From NCBI GenBank assembly GCA_048939245.1, contig JBHLPR010000020.1, positions 1 through 37,215 of the forward strand: 37,215 bases of DNA. Reading direction: 5' to 3'. A program made the position numbers and the translations under genes. This document shows, piece by piece, positions 18,546 to 26,677 of the stretch (the stretch's first letter is position 1; every line of letters starts with the position of its first letter). The notes below the pieces were generated by a model. It was not told the origin of the DNA. It made no database searches and worked only from the letters and a program-made list of their open reading frames with translations. The stretch is from Promethearchaeota archaeon. GTDB lineage: Archaea; Asgardarchaeota; Hermodarchaeia; Hermodarchaeales; Hermodarchaeaceae.

Positions 18546-19199
18546 TCATTTGTCAGGCGTCTCAGTTTTCGATTCTTTGGGGAATAGAATCTTGGCGATG
18601 CCGTTTCGGTCTTTTTCCTCTATTTGATTGAGGAGAGTTTCTATTCGATAATCCACAGTGATATTGCCTTCTTTGTTTTGAACCATGACCCCACCAAGCA
18701 TGTCCACGACCTCTTTTCCAACCGCAACTTTCGCGCTTTGTCCCGCGCCTTTTGAGATTGCTGTTCCAAGGCCGGTTATTTTTGAGATTACAGGACGATC
18801 TTCCTTTCGAGCAAGAATCACTAATTCTCCGCCACCAATCTGAATCCCGGCATTGATTATTAGGTTTTTTAGGAAGGTTTTGTATTTGGCAGTACCCCGT
18901 TCTTTTTCAAATCGTTTTCTCGCTTGATCGAAAGCCTGGGTGATCATATTCGCTTTGGCATTCATGGTTCGCATATGTGCATCGTTCCGAGCCTTCCCAA
19001 TCAGTCGATCACCTGAAGCCTGTGCCATTTGCTTCCGTCGATCTACCCAACCAGCGAGATTTGATCGGGCATTCTCAAGAGCTTCCTCACCAAGTTGTCG
19101 GGCAGCAATTTCCGCGTCCTTGATGATTTTATTAGCTTCAGCTTTGGCTTCTTCGATGATTGTGTTTTGAATTTGTTCGCCCGCTGAGGAAGTACTCAT
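18546..19199 (-). CDS. atpE: A/V-type ATP synthase subunit E (peripheral stalk)
   Basis: N-terminal coiled coil (IIEEAKAEANKII) and C-terminal MLGGVMVQNKEGNITVDYRIE...IAKILF motif. Confidence 0.9.
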   Translation of the reverse strand: MSTSSAGEQIQNTIIEEAKAEANKIIKDAEIAARQLGEEALENARSNLAGWVDRRKQMAQASGDRLIGKARNDAHMRTMNAKANMITQAFDQARKRFEKERGTAKYKTFLKNLIINAGIQIGGGELVILARKEDRPVISKITGLGTAISKGAGQSAKVAVGKEVVDMLGGVMVQNKEGNITVDYRIETLLNQIEEKDRNGIAKILFPKESKTETPDK

Positions 19200-19522
19200 T
19201 TCGCTGCACCTCCGAAGGAATATACTGCGGAGACGATGAAGTCCACCGTCTTCTTCATGTTCTTAGCCCCTTGCTCTTCAATGGCAGCGGCCTCCTTGTC
19301 TGCTTTGCCAAGGATAGTTTTCGATTGGGTGTTGGCTTTTTTCTCCACTTCAGTACGGAGGGCATCAATCTCTTCAGCTAATTCACTCCGAACCTTCTGT
19401 TCGGTTTCACGCGCTTGCCGCTCTGCATCACGTTGGATTTGTTCTGCTTTGGCCTGCGCTTTCTCAATTATCTTGGCTGCTTCAGCTTCGGCTTTCTGAA
19501 CGCCAGTTAGGACCTCGCTCAT
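19196..19522 (-). CDS. atpH: A/V-type ATP synthase subunit H (G)
   Basis: MSEVL..VQKAEAEAAKIIEKA coiled coil of ~108 aa; overlaps the atpE start (ATGA). Confidence 0.82.
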   Translation of the reverse strand: MSEVLTGVQKAEAEAAKIIEKAQAKAEQIQRDAERQARETEQKVRSELAEEIDALRTEVEKKANTQSKTILGKADKEAAAIEEQGAKNMKKTVDFIVSAVYSFGGAAK

Positions 19523-19735
19523 CGTTAACACCGAGAGATATTCATAATCGTTGAGCCGTTAATCGCCTTTCAACGATGACCTATCCTAATAAACCTTTAC
19601 GCTATACAGACTTAGCCTATTTGGTTAAGGGGATGGCGAAGCATTTACCGAAACGGAATAACCGTTCTAGCTCTGAGTGCTTCAGGTTTTCATCGTGCTT
19701 ACCCAAGCAAGGCTCAAAGCTCAGTAAATTGGTTC

Positions 19736-19767
19736 AAAAGAAAAAGAGAGGAGGCTTAGAGCCTCCT
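19736..19767 (-). terminator. Hairpin plus U-tract terminator after the Kelch gene
   Basis: Minus strand reads AGGAGGCT-CTA-AGCCTCCT then CTCTTTTTCTTTT, 26 bp after the stop. Confidence 0.65.
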
Positions 19768-19793
19768 TAAGGATCATTGGATTCTGTAATCAC

Positions 19794-20978
19794 TCAATGT
19801 CGTTTTCGGCGGGTAATAATTGTTATTCCAAGACTAAGGGCGATGCCAAAGAGGATTGCTACTGCGGGGAAACCGGGGACAACTCCGCCATCTGTTGTCG
19901 TGTCAAAGTAGCGAAACGCCCAGGTTTCTTCGAAATGGACTGGAGAAGGTGAAGTTCCTCGACCTCCAAAGAGGATGCTGCGCTGCGCCCTATCATCATA
20001 GGTCATATATGCACGACACGTTCCTGGCGGATGAGGGCTAGGCGTGAGTTGCTCCCAGGTGTCAGTGTTGAAATCATAGATCCAGGTTTCATCACTGAGA
20101 TTGGTTTCATCAAAGTCTCGGGTTCCACCAAAGAGGATAACTCGATCCATTCCATTGTCATACGCTAGACCCTGCGAGCAGAGATCGGAGGGCAATGAGG
20201 CACGTTCGGTCCAAGTGTTACTGGTGTAATCGTAAGCCCAAACATCATCGAGAACATTGCCTCCTAGTCCAATGCCACCGACGAGAATGACCTTGTCTGA
20301 TTCGCTATCGTAGACCATTCGGTGGTCGAACCTGGCTGGAGGATTAGCTGATGGGGCCCGATTAGCCCATGTGTTTGTTTCGTAGTCATAGGTCCAGGTG
20401 TCGTCGAGAAGTGCTGCTCCATCTCCAAGACCACCGAAAAGGAGTTGTCTTTCAGCCTGTACGATATATGTCATATCACCCCAAGCGGATCCTGGTGGGT
20501 GACTTGCCGTTGTGCGATTGGTCCATGTATTGGTCGTATAGTTATATGCCCAGGTCTCATGAAAAGTCACAATGCTGGCATGCGCACCACTGAGGTGACC
20601 TCCGAAGAAGATGACTTGTTGGAAATCCCAATCATAACTAAGATAATGTCCTCCTGTTGGAGGCGGTGAAGAGGAAGGCGCACGATTTGTCCAAGTATTC
20701 GCACTATACTCGTAGGCCCAAGTATCTCCTAGATGGCTGAAAGTGGCATTGAATCCCCCGTAGAGAATTACAAGCCCTGAGTTGAGATGAAAAGTTAGTG
20801 GCGAGTGTGTCCGGGGTTCAGGGGCTGTGGTAGGCGACCTATTAGTCCATTCGCCCATCGGAATGCCTAACACTTGAGTAGGTGTCAACATCATGAAGGC
20901 AGAAGCAATGAGAACCGTAAATCCCAAAACCACGAGGCCTTCACTTATTCGTATCTGATTTTGCAATATTGTTCTCAC
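19794..20978 (-). CDS. Kelch-repeat beta-propeller surface protein with PGF-CTERM-like anchor
   Basis: Signal peptide; six repeats with LFGG...DTW.YDY..NTW; C-terminal VPGF + TM + RRKRH. Confidence 0.88.
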   Translation of the reverse strand: MRTILQNQIRISEGLVVLGFTVLIASAFMMLTPTQVLGIPMGEWTNRSPTTAPEPRTHSPLTFHLNSGLVILYGGFNATFSHLGDTWAYEYSANTWTNRAPSSSPPPTGGHYLSYDWDFQQVIFFGGHLSGAHASIVTFHETWAYNYTTNTWTNRTTASHPPGSAWGDMTYIVQAERQLLFGGLGDGAALLDDTWTYDYETNTWANRAPSANPPARFDHRMVYDSESDKVILVGGIGLGGNVLDDVWAYDYTSNTWTERASLPSDLCSQGLAYDNGMDRVILFGGTRDFDETNLSDETWIYDFNTDTWEQLTPSPHPPGTCRAYMTYDDRAQRSILFGGRGTSPSPVHFEETWAFRYFDTTTDGGVVPGFPAVAILFGIALSLGITIITRRKRH

Positions 20979-21244
20979 CTCTTATTGCAAAGATTGCGTA
21001 ATGTCTGACACAATCTGAATAACGAAAGGGACACTTTACTAATATATATGATACATACCTCCTGAAAGAGGAGTTGAGATAACGGTTAAAGCTGGTAAAC
21101 AGGACATTACCTAATGGCGGGAGCGTGCTGAGCAAATTCGTAAAGAGTGAAGAACCCTTTTGTTAGAATTAATGAGATCGAGTTGTGTTATGACACCTTC
21201 AGCGAGTTGACCAACCCTGCGATGTTATTAATCATGAGATTGGG

Positions 21245-21264
21245 AGCACATGTTTTCATGTGCT
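21245..21264. promoter_or_regulatory. Perfect inverted repeat AGCACATG-TTTT-CATGTGCT (candidate operator or hairpin)
   Basis: 8-bp arms in the divergent intergenic region between the Kelch gene and the small membrane gene-atpC unit. Confidence 0.4.
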
Positions 21265-21460
21265 TACTCGAAGAATACTCGGATACCTGCCCACACTAAA
21301 CCTGCTCAAACCTGATGTGCTGACTGTAAAATTCTAATAAGCCTTATCATCAGTTGGATTTCTAAATTTTCAAGAACCTTACGAAACCTTAAGAATGGGA
21401 AAAATAGTACTATCGTCTCCCAATCGAAATTATATTTCAAGTGTTCTTACGGTGACAGAA

Positions 21461-21688
21461 ATGAGTGATGAACCCCCCGTCTCAATGGGAAAGGCATTCC
21501 GTTACACTACCATCGCATGTGAGATTCTCGTTTTTGCGATGGTTGGATGGATTATTGGACCTTATATCTGGGGACCAAACGGACAATATCTTGGAGCTCT
21601 TATTGGGGCATTGGTTGGCACATTAATGATGTTTTGTACCTTGTTCTATTTAGCAGGACTCTTTGGTAAAAAGGAGGAACAAGCGTAA
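21461..21688 (+). CDS. Small two-TM protein resembling the AtpZ/AtpI (ATPase gene 1) family
   Basis: GGTGA RBS before ATG 21461; 75 aa; AFRY..IACEI......GW.IG......Y.G..IG...G pattern; immediately upstream of atpC. Confidence 0.6.
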   Translation: MSDEPPVSMGKAFRYTTIACEILVFAMVGWIIGPYIWGPNGQYLGALIGALVGTLMMFCTLFYLAGLFGKKEEQA

Positions 21689-21728
21689 GAAGAAGGCTTA
21701 TCAAAAAGAATAGAGAAGGTAAGTTACG

Positions 21729-22778
21729 ATGTCAGTCGCACGATACAGTTTCATCAATGCAAAAATCAGAGGATATAAGGCAGATATGCTTACATCCGAC
21801 CATTGGGACGCCTTGCTTGGAGCACGAGATATGTATGCAGCCCTCCGAGTACTTGATACAACGAGTTACTCAGAAATCGTTAAAGACTTTGATGAAACCG
21901 CATTGCCCCAAGAAGTCGAACAAGCTCTACAATTAGATTTCAACCGAGTTCTTTCAGAAATCCATGTCGATATCCCAAAAGGTTCACAACCCTTAATGAA
22001 CTGGATAACACGGAAGTTCCAGCGTGAAGTGGTCAAACCTATTCTCCGATTGTATGTCACCGATAAAGAGCCAAGTCTTGCTGAAAAATTGTTAGTTCCA
22101 GTTGATCCCTTTACCATTGAAGTGCTTTTGAACCTGTTAAAAGCTAAAGATCTTAATGAATTTGTGTCAAAGCTTCCAGATCCTTACTTTCGCCATATTA
22201 TCAGAGAATACCTTCCACAATATGAGGAAACTGATCGACTTGTAATCATCGAGCAGGCAATAGACGCCGATATTTTACAAAACCTATTTTTTGAAGCACA
22301 AAAGCAGAAGGGATTAGATAAAGAGGTCACTACGAAACTCGCAGGTGTTGAAATCGACCTAGTAAACCTGATGACGACACTTCGCACATTCTTTCTAGGA
22401 ATCGAAAAAGCAGAGGCGGAAGCACTTCTACTCGATACCGAATATAGGCTTTCTCGCGCTCTGTGTAAGGAAGCCCTTGCTGCCAGAAGCTTTGAAGAAC
22501 GAGTTCGAAAACTCCAAGAAAGCTCATATGGCTCTATGATTGCTAGTAGCTGGGAAGCCTACCAACTTCACCAAACCCTCTACGCCTTTGAACATACGTT
22601 CCTAGAACAAATACGCCGAAATAGCATCGACGCATTACTCGGCTATCCTTTCCATTTTGGAATTGTCTTAGGTTACCTGAACCTGAAATGGTATGAAATA
22701 GTGAATTTGAAAGCCCTCATGAATGGCAAAGCAGACCAAATAGATTCAAATATCATTCGTCGCATCCTCATCCTCTAA
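21729..22778 (+). CDS. atpC: A/V-type ATP synthase subunit C (d)
   Basis: YSFINAKIRG...L, EIDLVNLMTTLR, YL.LK..EIVNLK..NGK...I motifs; 349 aa. Confidence 0.93.
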   Translation: MSVARYSFINAKIRGYKADMLTSDHWDALLGARDMYAALRVLDTTSYSEIVKDFDETALPQEVEQALQLDFNRVLSEIHVDIPKGSQPLMNWITRKFQREVVKPILRLYVTDKEPSLAEKLLVPVDPFTIEVLLNLLKAKDLNEFVSKLPDPYFRHIIREYLPQYEETDRLVIIEQAIDADILQNLFFEAQKQKGLDKEVTTKLAGVEIDLVNLMTTLRTFFLGIEKAEAEALLLDTEYRLSRALCKEALAARSFEERVRKLQESSYGSMIASSWEAYQLHQTLYAFEHTFLEQIRRNSIDALLGYPFHFGIVLGYLNLKWYEIVNLKALMNGKADQIDSNIIRRILIL

Positions 22779-22826
22779 TATCTGGCAGTAATCCTCATAA
22801 GATGACACCAAGAGGTAAAATGCATA

Positions 22827-23198
22827 ATGAACAAACAACACATCCTTTTTGATGAAAACCTAAGTACCTCCCCTAAAACACTCGCAGGCCAACTTTACGA
22901 ATTACTCTCATCCGAAAGTTGGGAATGCCATTCTGTTCACGATTACTCAGATCTGGTTGGACATCCCGACGAAGAGATCATAGCTTACGCAAAACAACAG
23001 GGCTGGTCCCTACTTACCCTTGATAAAAGGATGGCTTATCTTTCTGTCAAGGAAGGCGTCCGCACTTACTTAATTCTCCATGAAAAACGGAGTGACGAGG
23101 AAGAAGAAATTGAGGAATACACGGTTGTCCACCTCGAACCCTTTGCCACTATTGAAGCTCGAAAAAGTTACGATGCGCGATTAGCTGATGATAATTAA
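22827..23198 (+). CDS. PIN-like domain protein (DUF5615 / Mut7-C-like)
   Basis: ILFDENL...PDEEIIAYAKQQGWSLLTLDK acidic PIN pattern. Confidence 0.75.
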   Translation: MNKQHILFDENLSTSPKTLAGQLYELLSSESWECHSVHDYSDLVGHPDEEIIAYAKQQGWSLLTLDKRMAYLSVKEGVRTYLILHEKRSDEEEEIEEYTVVHLEPFATIEARKSYDARLADDN

Positions 23199-23218
23199 TG
23201 CGTCCAATCCAGTAGAAA

Positions 23219-23581
23219 CTAGATGAGTTTGCGTTCTTTGACTTTCAAAATGAACTTCTCGTAATCTCCTTTGCTACAAGAATAAATTTGATATTTTGTA
23301 TCTCCAGAATCGGTATCATAGGTCAGGTACAGTGAGGTAGGTCCTCCGCTCCATCGCTCAAAACTATAGCCTCTGAGTTTGTCGACAGGAAAGGCATGCC
23401 TCCGTGTCTTTTCCTTCCGAAATGTGCCCTTAACTTCTAAAAACACGAATTCCCTTTCTGTAAGTACTAATTCACCCTTAGTTTTCTCAAGAACGTTAAA
23501 TCCACTTTCATCACGAATTTCATGAGTGACTTTGATGGAAACAATCACATCAGCACCTGAAAACAAGTCGGTCTCACTCAT
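23219..23581 (-). CDS. Hypothetical protein, probable PH-like fold
   Basis: GELVLTEREFVFL beta-motif and C-terminal amphipathic helix typical of PH/GRAM-like domains. ATG 23581 preferred over ORF-track 23602. Confidence 0.55.
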   Translation of the reverse strand: MSETDLFSGADVIVSIKVTHEIRDESGFNVLEKTKGELVLTEREFVFLEVKGTFRKEKTRRHAFPVDKLRGYSFERWSGGPTSLYLTYDTDSGDTKYQIYSCSKGDYEKFILKVKERKLI

Positions 23582-23696
23582 AAACAAAAACCTCTGCAGC
23601 ACTGCATCAAAAGAGGATAAAAGGCTTGGGAAGACATCACAAAAGCGTGAGCGCCTTCACAATTACTTTTTATCCGATTTTCCAGCATTTTGGAAT

Positions 23697-24740
23697 TCAT
23701 TCGAGTGGATCTAGCGCATCGCTAATTTCACGAATAATTTGATGGTAGATTGATTCTGCTTTCTGTTGGGAATTAATCCCCCGAATCAAGATATTGCCCT
23801 CACCAACAATACTGACTTCAATTCCTTTCGCAAACTGTAGTTGTAAACCTAGTGATGTTTGAGCTAGAATAGGATAATGTGCTCGAAGAAGGGCAGAGGC
23901 CTTTTCGATATCAATCGGAATAGCAGTCTGTGCATGAACCAAGAACGTCTCCTCCGTACACAATTCTGTTATTTCAAGCCCAGCTGGACTCACAGGTTCC
24001 ACTAGTTTCGCCCCGGGACCACAGACTGGACAGTTCTCATAGGACTGCAAGGGAATCTGGTCAAATCGAAAACGTGTGATATCAAACATAAGAAGTTCAT
24101 TTGCTAGCAAAGGTGGTTGGCCAAGAATCAGATGCAACACCTCTTGCACCTGCAGATTTGCGATTACACCCAACACCGTTGGATAGATCCCGACCGTCGC
24201 ACAAGTTGGCTGATCTTCATCCAAATCACCAAAGACACATTCCAGACAGGCGGTTTTTCCAGGAATTACAGTAGTAAGATTGCCCACACCTGCCAATGCC
24301 CCAGCAAACACATACGGGATTCCCTGCCGCACACATGCACGATTCAAAGCATACCGTGGCTTGAAACTATCTAATCCATCCACTACCACATCCATCCCCT
24401 TCACCACACGATCCGCAGTAGCTTCCGTCACCGAAAGCGCCCACGGCTCAACCAAAACATCCGTGTTAATCTGCTTCAAACGATTCATCGCCACCTCCAC
24501 CTTCGGCTTCCCAACATCCTCAACCGTATACAGTAATTGACGCTGCAGATTCGACAATTCAACAATATCCCGATCAACAATCCGAAGCGCCCCAACTCCC
24601 AGCGAAGCCAATTGCCGAGCCGACACACTCCCCAACCCACCAATCCCAACGACCACAACTTTCGCTTCACGAATTCGCCTTAAACCAACTTCACCAATTC
24701 CATCTAGCACGCGGAACCGGCTATACCGATCTTCCTTCAT
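23697..24740 (-). CDS. ThiF/MoeB/HesA (E1-like) adenylyltransferase
   Basis: RYSR, VVGIGGLG, DRDIVELSNLQRQ, CLEC and CPVC Zn motifs, TCATVG, C-terminal ELC extension. Confidence 0.92.
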   Translation of the reverse strand: MKEDRYSRFRVLDGIGEVGLRRIREAKVVVVGIGGLGSVSARQLASLGVGALRIVDRDIVELSNLQRQLLYTVEDVGKPKVEVAMNRLKQINTDVLVEPWALSVTEATADRVVKGMDVVVDGLDSFKPRYALNRACVRQGIPYVFAGALAGVGNLTTVIPGKTACLECVFGDLDEDQPTCATVGIYPTVLGVIANLQVQEVLHLILGQPPLLANELLMFDITRFRFDQIPLQSYENCPVCGPGAKLVEPVSPAGLEITELCTEETFLVHAQTAIPIDIEKASALLRAHYPILAQTSLGLQLQFAKGIEVSIVGEGNILIRGINSQQKAESIYHQIIREISDALDPLE

Positions 24741-24818
24741 CTATAACACTACCCTTTAACAGAGTACTAACTAGTCCAGAAAATTCTTGACCTTTTCTCA
24801 ATTCCTATAGAACGCACT

Positions 24819-26672
24819 CTAAATCTGCATGATGAGCATGAACGCCACAAGCAACGTATAAATCGCTAACGCTTCTGCAAGCACCACTGGCACCATCGAC
24901 TTACTGAACACCTCAGGCTTATTCACCAAAGCACCCACCATCGATGCCCCCGCCCAACCAATCGCCACACCCGCAACAAGACCACCCAATCCAACAGTCG
25001 CAGCCGCAGCCGTACCAACCCAAGCTGTTCCGATAACAACCCGATCAAGACCCATAACTAACATAAACGAAGCTAACAATCCATAAATTCCTAAGGCTTC
25101 CGCTAACACTACAGCTACAAGTCCCTTACTGAACGTCTCTGGAGCTTGCCGCAAACTTCGACTCAAAGACGCACCACCTAACCCAATACCAACTCCACCA
25201 CCAATAGCAGCAAGAGCAATCGACAATCCTGCAGCAATCGACAACAACCCTTGGGCAACGCCGGCGACATTATCAATTGACATCACCGTCATAAATCCGA
25301 TTAACAGACCATAGATCCCTAGTGCTTCTGCTAAAACTACTGAAACCAAACCTTTACTGAAGGTTTCAGGTCGATCAGCAATCGTATCACTCAACGACTC
25401 GCCTGCATATGCAATTCCAAATCCCGCACCGATACAAGCAACCCCAATAGCGATACCCGAACCAATAGCCAAAAGACCTTGACCTGTGAAAATCGAAGGA
25501 TCTGAATTCAACCTGTCAGCTCCCATAATTAACATAAATGATAAGAGAAGACCATAAATTCCTAAAGCCTCAGCTAAAACGACGCTGACGAGACTCTTGG
25601 AAAAGGCGTCAGGTGCGCGGACAAGACTGCGTGAAAGGGCTCCACCTGCTTTAGCAATGCCAAATCCAGCGCCAATTGCAGCAAAACCGATGGCAATCGC
25701 TGCGCCGAGACTCACTAATCCCTGACCCCCCTCAACTGTGATATTGGGAACCATCATTAAAAGCATGAAGCTAACTAACAGCCCATAAATCCCTAATGCT
25801 TCGGCGAGGACGACGGAGACGAGGCCTTTACTGAAGACCTCGGGGCGTTCTACGAGTGCATCAGAAAGTGCCTCTCCACTATTTGCGATTCCAATGCCTG
25901 CTCCAAGTCCTGCGAGTCCAATGGCTAAGCCTGCGGCGATTGCGACAAGACCAGAGGTGAGTAGAGTAGCGCCTTCAATTTCCATGAGAAGCATGAAGCT
26001 GGCTAACAGCCCATAAATCCCGAGGGCTTCCGCTAACACCACACTAACCAGCCCCTTACTGAACGATTCGGGGGCCCGAACCAAGGCTTTACTTAATGCT
26101 GAACCAGATTTTGCGATACCTATTCCAGCACCAATAGCGGCTAGACCAATAGCCAAGCCAGCAGCGATGGCGATGTATCCTGATGCGATATTTGTGACGC
26201 CTTCAATGTTCATAAGGAGCATGAAGCTGGCTAACAGCCCATAAATCCCAAGGGCTTCCGCTAAGACGACGCTGACGAGGCTTTTGCTGAAGGTTTCAGG
26301 GGCTTCAGCGATGCTGGTGCACATGCTACTCCCAGCATATGCGATGCCTATGCCAGCACCGATGGCGGCAACGCCTATGGCGAGTCCAGCACCAAGGGCG
26401 ACAAATCCTTGTGCGGGTTCGGTGATGCTTGGGAGTTGCATGAGAATCATGAATGAGGCTAGGAGGCCATAGATCCCGAGTGCTTCGGCGAGGACGACGG
26501 CGATCATGCTTTTGCTGAACGTTTCGGGTTTTTCAGCGATGGTGCCGATCATGGCGCTGCCGCTGAATCCGATGCCGATGGCTGCACCTAGAGCGCCGAG
26601 ACCTGCGGCAAGCAGTGCGCCGAAGGTGGCAAGAACCTGTCCCATGGCTTCAGGGGGTATCAGCTGCAGCAT
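24819..26672 (-). CDS. atpK: A-type ATP synthase proteolipid subunit K (c) with eight fused hairpins
   Basis: Eight ~76-aa repeats, each with Gly-rich helix 1, P-E/D-x-FSK loop and VVLAEAL(G/A)IY(G/T)LL helix 2. ATG 26672 lies 5 bp after the atpI stop (617 aa). Confidence 0.96.
   Translation of the reverse strand: MLQLIPPEAMGQVLATFGALLAAGLGALGAAIGIGFSGSAMIGTIAEKPETFSKSMIAVVLAEALGIYGLLASFMILMQLPSITEPAQGFVALGAGLAIGVAAIGAGIGIAYAGSSMCTSIAEAPETFSKSLVSVVLAEALGIYGLLASFMLLMNIEGVTNIASGYIAIAAGLAIGLAAIGAGIGIAKSGSALSKALVRAPESFSKGLVSVVLAEALGIYGLLASFMLLMEIEGATLLTSGLVAIAAGLAIGLAGLGAGIGIANSGEALSDALVERPEVFSKGLVSVVLAEALGIYGLLVSFMLLMMVPNITVEGGQGLVSLGAAIAIGFAAIGAGFGIAKAGGALSRSLVRAPDAFSKSLVSVVLAEALGIYGLLLSFMLIMGADRLNSDPSIFTGQGLLAIGSGIAIGVACIGAGFGIAYAGESLSDTIADRPETFSKGLVSVVLAEALGIYGLLIGFMTVMSIDNVAGVAQGLLSIAAGLSIALAAIGGGVGIGLGGASLSRSLRQAPETFSKGLVAVVLAEALGIYGLLASFMLVMGLDRVVIGTAWVGTAAAATVGLGGLVAGVAIGWAGASMVGALVNKPEVFSKSMVPVVLAEALAIYTLLVAFMLIMQI
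25762..26249. repeat. Near-identical 32-bp direct repeats at 228-bp spacing inside atpK
   Basis: AGCATGAAGCTGGCTAACAGCCCATAAATCCC is exact at 25990-26021 and 26218-26249, with 2 mismatches at 25762-25793. Confidence 0.85.
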
Positions 26673-26677
26673 TGCTA

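Noticed and set aside
19576-21135. Intergenic-looking ORFs 19576-19770 (+) and 20941-21135 (-)
   Set aside because: Short, with no RBS or motif, and overlapping terminator or promoter regions; unsupported.
25762-26249. CRISPR-like 32-bp repeats
   Set aside because: The spacing of 228 bp is in-frame coding periodicity of atpK, and there are no cas genes.
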